Shown one piece after another: positions 10,586 to 20,577 of a DNA stretch of 64,000 bases (position 1 is its first letter; every line of letters starts with the position of its first letter). Made by a program: the position numbers and the translations under genes. Origin of the DNA: a bacterium. GTDB lineage: Bacteria; SAR324; NAC60-12. Location of the stretch: contig CBDBHR010000030.1 in assembly GCA_965205865.1 (NCBI GenBank), positions 32,001 through 96,000 of the forward strand. Reading direction: 5' to 3'. Below the pieces are notes generated by a model. That model had not been told where the DNA came from, made no database searches, and was given only the letters and a program-made list of their open reading frames with translations.

Positions 10586-11047
10586 TCGTGCCAAGGTAAA
10601 TCCGAGGCATTGGAATTGGGAGCAATCCCATGAAATTTGTTAATGTTACCCAATGGGTGCTCACGCGAATATCTCTGAAATTCCCATCAGACCAAAGTTT
10701 AGCCAACGGGTCAGTAGAGAAATCCGCGTGCGTCACAGTAATGTGGGGTATGAAGCCGGATGGAACAAGAGTGTAGGCCGCGTGATTGAGCCCCGAAATA
10801 GAAATTGTTGTGGTTAATGAATAGCTCCAGTGAAGGATCATGTTGGAGGAAAGCCGACGGCGTTCAAGTGTCGGAAGGCAGCAGTCCGAGTGCGCATCTA
10901 AGGGCTAACACGAGGACACCACCGGGGTCGGAGAGCGGGGCATGCGCTCATAGGGGTAGCTCGAACTTGGGAGAACCTGTTGTCTCCCTGCCATCGATTG
11001 CCGGAAGCGGGGGGGGGCTGGCTGGGTAACCACTGGCTCTACCCGGA
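10586..11047 (+). ncRNA. ORF-less, internally deleted group II intron (IIB-like)
   Basis: 5' GTGCC start; domain-I-like motifs GAGCCCCGAAA, GCCGAC, GGAAGGC, ACCGGGGTC..GAGCGGGGCATG, AACTTGGGAG; 3' domain-VI-like GGGTAACCACTGGCTCTACCCGGA; no RT ORF and no recognisable domain V. Confidence 0.75.
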
Positions 11048-11054
11048 CCCCTTC

Positions 11055-11551
11055 TCATATTTTAGCTATGGATTTATACTCTGACCGGCAATATTTTAAA
11101 GAAAACTTTTTAGAAATTTTTACACAAATTCCATAGGCTTTTATCGTATTTCTTAACTCACCATTGGTCCATTCAAAAAACCATACTTTAGCAAAAGAAA
11201 GCTCTACTTTCTTTTTGGTTAAGCCTAGTTTTTCCGTCTCCTTCAGAATTAAAATCTTTTCCTCTTCCTCGGGCCAATCGTTAAAAGCAAGAATAATTCC
11301 CTTTACTCTTTTTGAATTCCGAGAACCTTTAGATGTAGGAGCCCTCGATGGCTCAACAAAAGCTTTTGCTCGGCTCTCTCTAATGTTATGATCGCTATTT
11401 GGACTAACCGTTTGAGACATAAGTATGGAAGTTCTTCGTAATAAGGAAGAATTTTTCTTATTGTCATTTTTATACTGTGAGCCCGTTCCCCAAGTAAAAG
11501 GAACAAAGAAGACAAAAAGAAGAATTTTAAGAAAAACCTATTATAAATCAT
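11055..11551 (-). pseudogene. AT-rich exported hypothetical protein, frameshifted in an A-run
   Basis: Signal-peptide ORF from 11551 joins the 11420-11055 frame by a 1-bp shift near 11470. Confidence 0.45.
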
Positions 11552-11592
11552 TATATATAAAAAAAGTTAATAAAATAGTGATTTTATTTATA

Positions 11593-11670
11593 CCTAAATC
11601 CTGCAATTGCATATTTTGACTGAGTTTTCCCCCCACTCTTTGGCAGGTTTTTTTAAAAAAAGGATAAAAA
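11593..11670. mobile_element. isolated end of the IS1380 element seen at 52470-54165
   Basis: CCTAAATCCTGCAATTG...CCCCCACTCTTTG...AAAAAAGGAT matches 52470 onward. Confidence 0.8.
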
Positions 11671-11719
11671 CAGGATCAATAAAAATGAGTTTCTCATCTG
11701 CCAAGCTCCTTTCCAATAA

Positions 11720-11953
11720 TCAACCAAGCAACTTTTGCGCAGTGAAACTGATGGCGATGGCAACGCCAATATTGCTGACGACTAACCCCACGCCCCATTG
11801 AAACATCCTACCTTCCAAACGGACAATTTCAGTATTGAGATTGGCGATATCACCCTTCAATTCTGTGCGGAGATTGGCAATATCCTCTTTGGTTGCCATT
11901 CGCTCCACAATGGTTTCCAGCCGAATGACACGATGGTCCAATGCGTGTTCCAT
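11720..11953 (-). CDS. small coiled-coil protein with C-terminal TM helix (DUF1640/CCDC90-like)
   Basis: MATKEDIANLRTELK heptads plus WGVGLVV TM segment; paralog of 33741-33950. Confidence 0.7.
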   Translation of the reverse strand: MEHALDHRVIRLETIVERMATKEDIANLRTELKGDIANLNTEIVRLEGRMFQWGVGLVVSNIGVAIAISFTAQKLLG

Positions 11954-12177
11954 AGTTCTTGCCCCAATTAAAGACTCAAGTGTGACGGTAAAGGTGAGGA
12001 GTGACCCCGTGTCTGAAATCCGGACTCCTGTGTTTGCCGGGTAACCCGGCAATTATCCACATTGACGTTCACGTCGTAATTTATAACGATTTTGACGAAG
12101 TTCCAACCAAAAAAGTGATCCCTGTCAGTCAACTTGGGAAGTGGCAATCGTATGGGAGGGAGAGTACTGGAAAAGCT

Positions 12178-12331
12178 GCACGACTCGTAGTTCACCACGG
12201 AGGCGTTGGTAACTGTGGAGTTGGGCGTTCGAGTCGCGTTCTTCCCGGATGATCACTAGCTGCGGGCTGAAGCCGAAGAGGGTCAGGGCGCGGTTGAAGG
12301 CCGAAAGTTGGTAGGTGCGCGTGAGATCCTT
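12178..12331 (-). pseudogene. degenerate orphan 3' fragment of the Slam gene
   Basis: DNA similar to 20588-20740, with indels. Confidence 0.8.
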
Positions 12332-12344
12332 TTTTCAAGAGCAC

Positions 12345-12455
12345 CCGATGACCCTTGATTCCTTTTGTGATGTCGGGTTTCAGTCCCAATACCTTTTCCA
12401 CAAGCTCCAGCGAGGTGACACAATATCCTTGGTCAGCGGAAAAAGCTCTCAAGCT
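12345..12455 (-). mobile_element. IS5-family transposase fragment
   Basis: AFSADQGY...VEKVLGLK resembles the IS5 second catalytic D region. Confidence 0.5.
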
Positions 12456-12763
12456 TGCATATTTCCGGGTAGTGGGTCAGTTTGATTTTTGGGATATGTT
12501 CTCATAAATCGAAGATCAATCAACCGAAATTTATAATATTTCTTGACATTTCCATTAATTGTTCTATAGTATTTGCTTGGCATAATGTCAATCCTGTTTG
12601 TCGGGTTACCCGATGAATACAAAAGTCGCAATCAATCCGAGGGGTCATGACCCTCGGAGCGGCGAATAATCGGGAAACATTTTCCATTTGGTTTGATGTT
12701 GCGCAATAACCCGGCGCCCTTCAACAAGGCATCGAAGCACAAATCTTAAACCAAAGAGGGAAA

Positions 12764-12955
12764 ATGCGATATTTCGTAATTTTTTTGTTGTGTTCAGTTG
12801 CAGGAACTGTTTTTGCGCATGGGGGTGGGACTAATTCCAGTGGATGTCATACCAATCGAAAAACAAGGGGTTATCATTGTCATAATAAGACTCCTCGCCA
12901 GGTTATTCCATATAAAGAAGTTCGGCCTTCATGCGAAATCGAAGATTACTTTTGA
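12764..12955 (+). CDS. small exported YHYH-type protein
   Basis: Signal peptide then HGGGTNSSGCHTNRKTRGYHCH; GAGGG RBS. Confidence 0.7.
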   Translation: MRYFVIFLLCSVAGTVFAHGGGTNSSGCHTNRKTRGYHCHNKTPRQVIPYKEVRPSCEIEDYF

Positions 12956-13081
12956 TGGCGGCGCACTCGATATTCGTCATTTTCCAAGGGAATTGACGAT
13001 TCGTTATGAAGTCAAACCATTGGCGGTTTGGAAAGGGAAAAACCCAGAATTACGATAACATTGTTGATGATGATTTTACAA

Positions 13082-13270
13082 ATGAAAAATATAGAAAAAT
13101 ATAGAAAATCGTTTAAAAATCAAGAAGAACCCAAGCCAGAGCCAGAACCGGAACCAACGCCTAGTCCTGATCCACAACGTGCGCCGATTAGGCCATTACA
13201 TGTGCCGCCATATCCTCCAAGGCCCCCTGACCCGCCTTTCCCGAGTCCGCCGCAGGAGGACAACTTTTAA
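13082..13270 (+). CDS. proline-rich small hypothetical protein
   Basis: PEPEPEP/PPRPPDPP low-complexity ORF upstream of 13297. Confidence 0.35.
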   Translation: MKNIEKYRKSFKNQEEPKPEPEPEPTPSPDPQRAPIRPLHVPPYPPRPPDPPFPSPPQEDNF

Positions 13271-13296
13271 CTTATTTTGGATAGTAAGGAGGAAAT

Positions 13297-13830
13297 ATGA
13301 AGCCTAATAAAAAATTGAGAAATTCTTATTGGGAAGAAATGTTGGAATCTGAAAGAGTATCTCGTTATTATAATTATTTGTGTGAGTATTTTTTATTTCA
13401 GACGAAGTTGTATAAATGGTTATTTTTAATAACTTCGGCTAGTTTCACAACAAGTATTTTGATTCAAATATTCAAGGTTATTCCATTTGAATATCATACA
13501 TTTTCACAAGTGTTGATTTTGTTTGTGAGTATCATATTGACAGGAATTTCTCTCATATTTTTTATTAAAAATCCTCAGCAACAAATAATTATGACTACTG
13601 TGATTAGTGATCAAATCGATCCGATTGTTGATCAATATAAGCATAATTGGAATATGATGAATGAAGCCGATTTTGAAATAAATGAAGAGAGCATACGTAA
13701 TTTCATTAAAGATTCCAGAGAAAAAATAACACTGATTACAAGTAGAGGAAAAGGGTTAGCACGCAATAAAAAATTGGAAATGAAAGCTCACAAAGAAGTT
13801 GTTGCTTTGTTTTCAGCTCAACAGGCATAA
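13297..13830 (+). CDS. two-TM membrane protein (SLATT-like architecture)
   Basis: Strong AAGGAGG RBS, two hydrophobic helices, AT-rich. Confidence 0.6.
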   Translation: MKPNKKLRNSYWEEMLESERVSRYYNYLCEYFLFQTKLYKWLFLITSASFTTSILIQIFKVIPFEYHTFSQVLILFVSIILTGISLIFFIKNPQQQIIMTTVISDQIDPIVDQYKHNWNMMNEADFEINEESIRNFIKDSREKITLITSRGKGLARNKKLEMKAHKEVVALFSAQQA

Positions 13831-13854
13831 CTTCAAAAAATCATCAAAGCCTAA

Positions 13855-13988
13855 ATCAAGCGGCAAGACAAAGTTTCAAGGTGTCGGTGAACATGTTTTC
13901 ATTACGGCGGTTGTTATATTTGAAGCATGATTCGCCGATGTACAGGTGAGCGTATCGCCTGCCATACCAGTGATGCTGGCCATACCAG
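13855..13988 (-). mobile_element. IS1595-family transposase C-terminal remnant
   Basis: Minus-strand frame reads WYGQHHWYGRRYAHLYIGESCFKYNNR, like the IS1595 C-terminal E..F.YN.R motif. Confidence 0.6.
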
Positions 13989-14144
13989 GATTTATTTCTA
14001 AAATAATTAATTCATTTATGAGTAAAGACGAACAATAAGAGTTCCCCAAGTGAAATATCCGGGCCTTTTTATGTAGTTTCTTCAGGTACATTAATTGTTG
14101 GGAAGATTCTGTGACTGGGAAAATTAAATCTCGACCTATGAACT

Positions 14145-14961
14145 TAGGAACAAACCTTAAATAACCTGTAATTCTTCCAATGGTGTGAGCAAAATTGGGG
14201 GACATGTACACCGCTGCGTATCCCAACTCTACTGTTTTATGCCTGCTGTTACGTGTCCCCTAATTTAGCAAAATTGGGGGACATGTACACTGCTGCACAT
14301 CCCAACTCTACTGTTTTATGCCTGCTGTTACGTGTCCCCTAATTTTGCGTACATACTTCTAACTTATTTAAATTTCATTCCTAAATGTCAGACTGAGACA
14401 CTACCTCTTTTCTTCAGTTGACTACCTTCCCGGTATGTAGTCCGTACAATTCCGAAGACAATTTAATACTTGACCCCTTTTCAAATATGTCCAAACAAAG
14501 AAAAAAATAACCTGTAATTCTTCCAATGGTGTGAGCAAAATTGGGGGACATGTACACCGCTGCGTATCCCAACTCTACTGTTTTATGCCTGCTGTTACGT
14601 GTCCCCTAATTTAGCAAAATTGGGGGACATGTACACTGCTGCGTATCCCAACTCTACTGTTTTATGCCTGCTGTTACGTGTCCCCTAATTTTGCGTATCC
14701 ATACTTCTGACTTATTTAAATTTCATTCCTAAATGTCAGACTGAGACACTACCTCTTTTCTTCAGTTGACTACCTTCCCGGTATGTAGTCCGTACAATTC
14801 CGAAGACAATTTAATACTTGCCCCCTTTTCAAATATGTCCAAACAAAGAAAAAAATAACCTGTAATTCTTCCAATGGTGTGAGCAAAATTGGGGGACATG
14901 TACACTGCTGCGCATCCCAACTCTACTGTTTTATGCCTGCTGTTACGTGTCCCCTAATTTT
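14145..14961. repeat. ~350-bp tandem duplication carrying five ~80-bp hairpin units and two half-hairpins AAGACAATTTAATACTTG(A/C)CCCC
   Basis: ATAACCTGTAATTC recurs near 14161, 14507 and 14856. Confidence 0.9.
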
Positions 14962-15220
14962 GCGTATCCATACTTCTAACTTATTTAAATTTCATTCCTT
15001 AAGAAATCTGACTTGGCAGAATCTCGGTCACAGAATGGCTCAGCGTTTTGGAAAACAATCGATGGTTCATGGGCATCTTGGTTGCATGCGCATCGGCAAT
15101 CGGTGTTATTTTTGGAACAATCCTGGAAATTTTGTCAAATACTATGGGATAATTGCTGACAAATAGCAGAACAGACAGATTTATGTCGCTTGCCTTTGAA
15201 CGAGGAAAGCGGCATTTTTT

Positions 15221-15640
15221 TTAGAAAAGTCGCACGACTCGTAGTTCACCACGGAGGCGTTGGTAGCTGTGGAGTTGGGCGTTGGACTCGCTTTCTTCGC
15301 GGATGATCACCAGTTGCGGGCTGAAGCCGAAGAGTGTCAGGGCGCGGTTGAAGGCCGAGAGTTGGTAGGTTTGCGTGAGATCCTTGCGTTTCGCGGGCCC
15401 CAGGGTGAGATAGGACCAGTCGGGTTGGAAGAAGCTGCGGGCCACGGTGGCCGAGGCACCCACGCTGAAGCCCAGCGGCAACGCGTAGGAAGCCGAGAGG
15501 CGGCCCCAGGGTCGCGTCAGGCGATGAGAACGCAGGCGGGGCTTTTCTTCGCCATAGCCGGCGCTCAGGCTGAGGGAGAGCGAGGGGCTGGCCTGCCAGC
15601 GTCCGGTCAGCGAGAAATTCCAGCGAGGACCGTCCAGGTG
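15221..15640 (-). pseudogene. in-frame orphan 3' cassette of Slam (C-terminal ~140 codons)
   Basis: Highly similar to 20578-20995; starts at a hairpin repeat; no promoter or N-terminus. Confidence 0.9.
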
Positions 15641-15644
15641 AAAA

Positions 15645-15730
15645 GGGGTCAAGTATTAAATTGTCTTTTTATACTTGGCCACTTATTGATCCCCTCTCCA
15701 TCTTAAAAAGACAATTTAATACTTGACCCC
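15645..15730. repeat. REP-like inverted pair GGGGTCAAGTATTAAATTGTCTTT...AAAGACAATTTAATACTTGACCCC
   Basis: Perfect inverted repeat of about 24 bp; half-copies near 10570, 14460, 14810, 19345 and 20165. Confidence 0.85.
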
Positions 15731-15737
15731 TTTCCTT

Positions 15738-17357
15738 TCATTCCATCTCTTTTTTCAGTTGCTGGTCAATCCAGAGACGGGCCAGGATGACTGCAGAATT
15801 TTCCGGTCCCAAGCTGGTTTCGCCGTTATAACCTCAGACCCACGGCTGATGCGCGTTATACTGTATAGGATTAGCAAGCCATAACTGCGGATACTGCGCA
15901 ATTTCGTGCATATCTTTACTTGTCATTGCGGCTGTGGCACCGTAAACGAACATCGAACCCGAGTGAAGTTGGTCTTCCATCATGGCAGCATAATCGCTGT
16001 CCGCGCTGGCCATTCCTTCATAAATACTCGAGAAGAGCCTACCGTGATATTCGGCGTTGGTCAGTACGTTAATCTTAACCTTGACGCCAATCTTAGCCCA
16101 GTAGTCGGCGGCTAATTCTGCATAGGCTATGCTGGCCAAAGGTGCGAAATCCAGGGTGGTCTTGAAACCTTTGGAATAGCCTGCATTAGCCAGTAGCTGC
16201 TTCGCTCTTCCCGGGTCATAGCGATAGTACTGCTTGACCTCTTCGGACCAGTCTTCAAACGTGGTGAAATCCCCAGTCTTCATCGTCAATCCCTGAGGGG
16301 TTGGATCGGCATAACCCATCCAGTAAGTCTTGGCAATGTTCTCGTTGTCCAGCGCCAGTTGCATGGCATGACGCACGTTGATGTCGTTAAAGGGCGGTTT
16401 GTTTAAATTTCCGAAAACTAAACTGTTGTTGGACCTAAAAGGCCAGAAAATGATTTCTGGGTTGGTTCGCCTGAGACTGTTTATTTTGTCGATGGATATT
16501 TGAGAGTCACCGACTGTTCCCAGAAAATCGATCCGACCCGTGCGCAGTGACGCTAAACGTGTTGCTTGGTTTGGCATTATATGGGCCGTAATCTCATCAA
16601 TATAAGGCAATCTGTTCCCTTGATATTTTTCGTCGACGTCCCAGTAATCAGGATTCTTGGTCCAGGTCAAAGATCTTCCTTCGAGCACATCCTCCAGTTC
16701 ATAGGGCCCGGTGCCGACCAAGTTCCTCCAATCCTTAAGGTCTCCTTCTTGCTTGATGACCTCGGGAGGGTATACAACTGTAATCCAGCTGCCGAGGATT
16801 GTTCGTAGGGCACCCGGGTTTGACTGCTTCAGCTTGACAACAACCGTATATTTGTCGGTGGCCGTTATCGATTCTAATGGCAAATTGGCGAGTTGGGGTA
16901 CAAAAGGACTAGGTCCGGCTTCACTGAAATTGCCCATCCCAAATAAACGATGAAAGTTATATTCGACATCTTGGGCGGTTAGTTCCCGACCGTTCATCGG
17001 CGCCTTGTTTTGCCAGTGAACCCCCTTGCGGATTTTGAAGACCGTCGTGAGCTGCTCGGGCTGCTCCCAGCTTTCCGCCAGTGCTTCTATGGTAGATGGA
17101 GGTTCATTCGTTGAATACCAGCCATCTTCCTCTCTATCTATTCCCCACTCCCCTACTAGTTTCTCATTAACCAAACCGACATAATGAATAGCCCTGCGAC
17201 CAATGTACCAACTATCCGGGTGCTCACCTATCCAGGTGAGGGCGTATGCTAATTTTCCTCCATATTCAGGTGCGGAAAATTCTTCACCGTTAGTGACCAC
17301 CGGTATGCTGAGTATGACCAATATTGCTAAAATTTTTTTGAAGATGAAATGACACAT
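15738..17357 (-). pseudogene. ABC peptide/nickel substrate-binding protein (family 5) with in-frame TGA at 15836-15834
   Basis: LAESWE, GTGPY, KNPDYW, NVRHAMQLALD; frame continues after the TGA to ARLWIDQQLKKEME*. Confidence 0.85.
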
Positions 17358-17434
17358 GACGACTCCTTCTGCTTTAGTTGATTCAGGACAATATGTATTC
17401 GCGTTACAGACAAAGAGAACACCAGTTTTGTAAA

Positions 17435-18057
17435 TTAACACGCCCGCTCTTCCCAACTCATGTCATCGGGAACCATTGGGGGAGAATCTTGATCAGCGCA
17501 TGCAGAATCCAATTGATTTTGACTGAAATTTTTTACGAATTTGAGATTAGCCCCCGTGAGGTCAGCATCTGTGAGATCAGTTTTTCTAAGATCAGCATCT
17601 GTGAGAACAGCCCGCGTGAGGTTTGCATTTCTGAACGTTGCATTGGCAAGAATGGCTCTTTCTAAGCTAGCCTCGGTGAGTGTGGTACATAAAAGCTCGG
17701 CATGCTTCATATTTGCGCCTTTCAGAATTGCATTTGAGAGATGCGCGTTAATAAGGATTGCCTGTTCCAAATTGGATTCTTCAAAATCAATATTTCTAAC
17801 GTCAGCATTTCGTAGGTCGATACCATATCCTGCATTGCGATTATGAAAATTCACTTTGCTGGCATTTATATATTTTAGGGAAAATTCATCTTTGAGGTCG
17901 ACTATTGGGATTTTATTTTTACAATTTTCATTTGATTGGTCCGGTTCATTATTTGCGGCTTCAAGTCTCTCCGCTATATCAAATTCAACAATGAGTTCGA
18001 GTATTTTGATTTGACCACGATTTATTAACGCTGGATTGTAATCAGGCCAGTTGCGTA
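17435..18057 (-). pseudogene. pentapeptide-repeat protein, N-terminus lost
   Basis: A(D/N)L repeats; frame open upstream of 17854 to ~18057 without a start codon. Confidence 0.75.
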
Positions 18058-18269
18058 TTCAATAATTATGCGTTTTTCGTTGGCATCTTTTGTGACATTT
18101 GCTATGCTTTGTGTGCCTGATGACCTCAGGAGAGAAAAGTGAAACAGATTTCGTTCTCTTTCAATTATCCTCTTAGGTTAATCTTCGCAATCTTATTTGG
18201 AGAGTGTTCATCTCATCGTATTTGTACAAAAACGCCCATTTGACAAATCTTTAGATAAGGAGAAAGACA

Positions 18270-18797
18270 ATGAACTGTCTAAACTACATTGCGCCCTTAG
18301 TGCTTGATGGGGCAACGTCCATGAGATTATTTCGGTGTGCTGGAGTCCTGGCAGGGCTGACCTGTTGCTTGCTGTTTTCTACTGGGGCCGACGCACAGGA
18401 CAACACATCCAAAGATTCAGGCTTTAGAAAATTTCCCGGAACAGTGGTGGTCGAGCCTCTCGACCCTGGTGTTCCCCTTCGCCGCACTGCCCCTGGTTTT
18501 TTAGGAATTTACGGTCAAAAGATGGGAAAAACGACGGATAATAAATATTATCTTATTCTGGAAGGTCTGCAAATTCCCCTCTTTTTCCAGAAAATCCGCT
18601 GGGTAAAGGTCGCTCCAATCAAGTTAATTGAAAATAAATTTGAAATCGATAATAAATATTCTTGGGTGTATTGGGGCAAAGTCGGTCAAGGCACTAGTCC
18701 GAACTTCAAAATTGTTGCTCAGGACGAAATTAACCAGAAACAGAAGTTGAAGCTTGAAACATTCTGGAAACAGTACATACAAGAAAAGGCTGAGTAA
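18270..18797 (+). CDS. exported hypothetical protein
   Basis: AAGGAG RBS, signal-peptide-like segment. Confidence 0.55.
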   Translation: MNCLNYIAPLVLDGATSMRLFRCAGVLAGLTCCLLFSTGADAQDNTSKDSGFRKFPGTVVVEPLDPGVPLRRTAPGFLGIYGQKMGKTTDNKYYLILEGLQIPLFFQKIRWVKVAPIKLIENKFEIDNKYSWVYWGKVGQGTSPNFKIVAQDEINQKQKLKLETFWKQYIQEKAE

Positions 18798-19109
18798 TGG
18801 TAACCTCGCCCTGGTGGCAGTTGATACTGAGTTGGATTTTCATATATGGGTCCCCGTTCGCTGCATTCTTTTTTGGCGTTTATATTTCGATTCGTCTGAA
18901 TCTAAATGGAGATTTAAGTCGAGCGCATGTATGGCTCATGTCCCTTCACAAACTCACTTCGGGCAGGTGTCCCCCTTATTATCTCTATATTAATCGATGC
19001 AATCTTTGGTCTGCGCGCATCGGCAATCGGCGTTATTTTTGGAACAATCCTGGAAATTCTGTCAAATACTATGGGATAATTGCTGACAAATAGCAGAACA
19101 GACAGATTT

Positions 19110-19147
19110 ATGCCGCTTGCCTTTGAACGAGGTAAGCGGCATTTTTT
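19110..19147. terminator. hairpin terminator downstream of Slam (also at ~15185 and ~20541)
   Basis: TGCCGCTTGCCT...AGGTAAGCGGCA stem followed by a T-run. Confidence 0.6.
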
Positions 19148-19340
19148 TTAGAAAAGTCGCACGACTCGTAGTTCACCGCGGAGGCGTTGGTAGCTGTGGA
19201 GTTGGGCGTTCGACTTGCGTTCTTCCCGGATAATCACCAGTTGCGGGCTGGAGCCGAAGAGGGTCAGGGCGCGCTTGAAGGCCGAGAGTTGGTAGGTTTG
19301 CGAGAGATCCTTGCGTTTCGCGGGCCCCAGGGTGAGATAG
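19148..19340 (-). pseudogene. orphan 3' cassette of Slam (C-terminal ~63 codons)
   Basis: YLTLGPAKRKDLSQTYQ...VVRLF; begins at a REP half-site AAGACAATCTGATACTTGACCCC. Confidence 0.9.
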
Positions 19341-19376
19341 AAAGACAATCTGATACTTGACCCCTTTTTATTTTGT

Positions 19377-19610
19377 TCAATCAAAAATGTTTTGTGGAAG
19401 ATTGAAATGTCGAATTATTGATTTCTGGTAACCTGGATATATTTCAGTCTTATCACCATGAAACTTGATTGGATAGTGTCTTTCTTTACCCAAAATATCT
19501 GGATGGACAATCATCCGGTGACTTCCTTTACCTCTGTAATCAGAGACGTTAAATCGAGTATCATGTTTTTTCAGAATTTTTATGATTTCACGATAAGTAC
19601 GAGTTTTCAT
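19377..19610 (-). CDS. hicA: HicA-family toxin
   Basis: RGKGSHR motif, 77 aa, basic. Confidence 0.85.
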   Translation of the reverse strand: MKTRTYREIIKILKKHDTRFNVSDYRGKGSHRMIVHPDILGKERHYPIKFHGDKTEIYPGYQKSIIRHFNLPQNIFD

Positions 19611-19957
19611 GGATGAAGAGATTCATTAGAAACGTTCTGATTTATGGAAGGCATAAATACGTCTTGAACAATATAATCTTTCTCATGCTCTTTTGATTCT
19701 GAATCCATCCTTCTTTGTTTGATTTCTTCAATTACAATTTTTTCATATAAATCCAAATAATATTTATCTGCCGGAATAAATATTTGATCCAATGTGCCAT
19801 GATGTATTGCATAATTTATTTGGAATTCAATTGTCTCTAAGAGATCATCTAAAGCCTCTTCGGAATTTTTCCCAAACCCCCTTAAATTCATATCAATAGC
19901 AATTGCATACCAACCATTATCCTCTTGAACACCTAAAACTTTTAGCGCAATGCTCAT
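19607..19957 (-). CDS. hicB: HicB-like antitoxin
   Basis: EDNGWYA...GFGKNSEEALDDL motif; ATGA overlap with hicA. Confidence 0.7.
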   Translation of the reverse strand: MSIALKVLGVQEDNGWYAIAIDMNLRGFGKNSEEALDDLLETIEFQINYAIHHGTLDQIFIPADKYYLDLYEKIVIEEIKQRRMDSESKEHEKDYIVQDVFMPSINQNVSNESLHP

Positions 19958-20087
19958 ATTTACCTCCCCTTCTTTATTTCAAATACTTGTTAAAAGATGA
20001 TATTAATTTATCCCGTATAACAAGTTTTTTGTACATTTATCGTGAAAAAACGTCAACTTATCAACAAAATCGCAATTATCAGAACTT

Positions 20088-20577
20088 AAATGTCAGACTG
20101 AGACACTACCTCTTTTCTTCAGTTGACTACCTTCCCGGTATGTAGTCCGTACAATTCCGAAGACAATTTAATACTTGCCCCCTTTTCAAATATGTCCAAA
20201 CAAAGAAAAAAATAACCTGTAATTCTTCCAATGGTGTGAGCAAAATTGGGGGACATGTACACTGCTGCGCATCCCAACTCTACTGTTTTATGCCTGCTGT
20301 TACGTGTCCCCTAATTTTGCGTATCCATACTTCTAACTTATTTAAATTTCATTCCTTAAGAAATCTGACTTGGCAGAATCTCGGTCACAGAATGGCTCAG
20401 CGTTTTGGAAAACAATCGATGGTTCATGGGCATCTTGGTTGCATGCGCATCGGCAATCGGTGTTATTTTTGGAACAATCCTGGAAATTCTGTCAAATACT
20501 ATGGGATAATTGCTGACAAATAGCAGAACAGACAGATTTATGTCGCTTGCCTTTGAACGGGGGAAGCGGCATTTTTT
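20088..20577. repeat. copy of the 14.73-15.22 kb block (REP half, ~80-bp hairpin, coiled-coil 3' remnant, terminator)
   Basis: Near-identical to 14730-15220. Confidence 0.9.
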
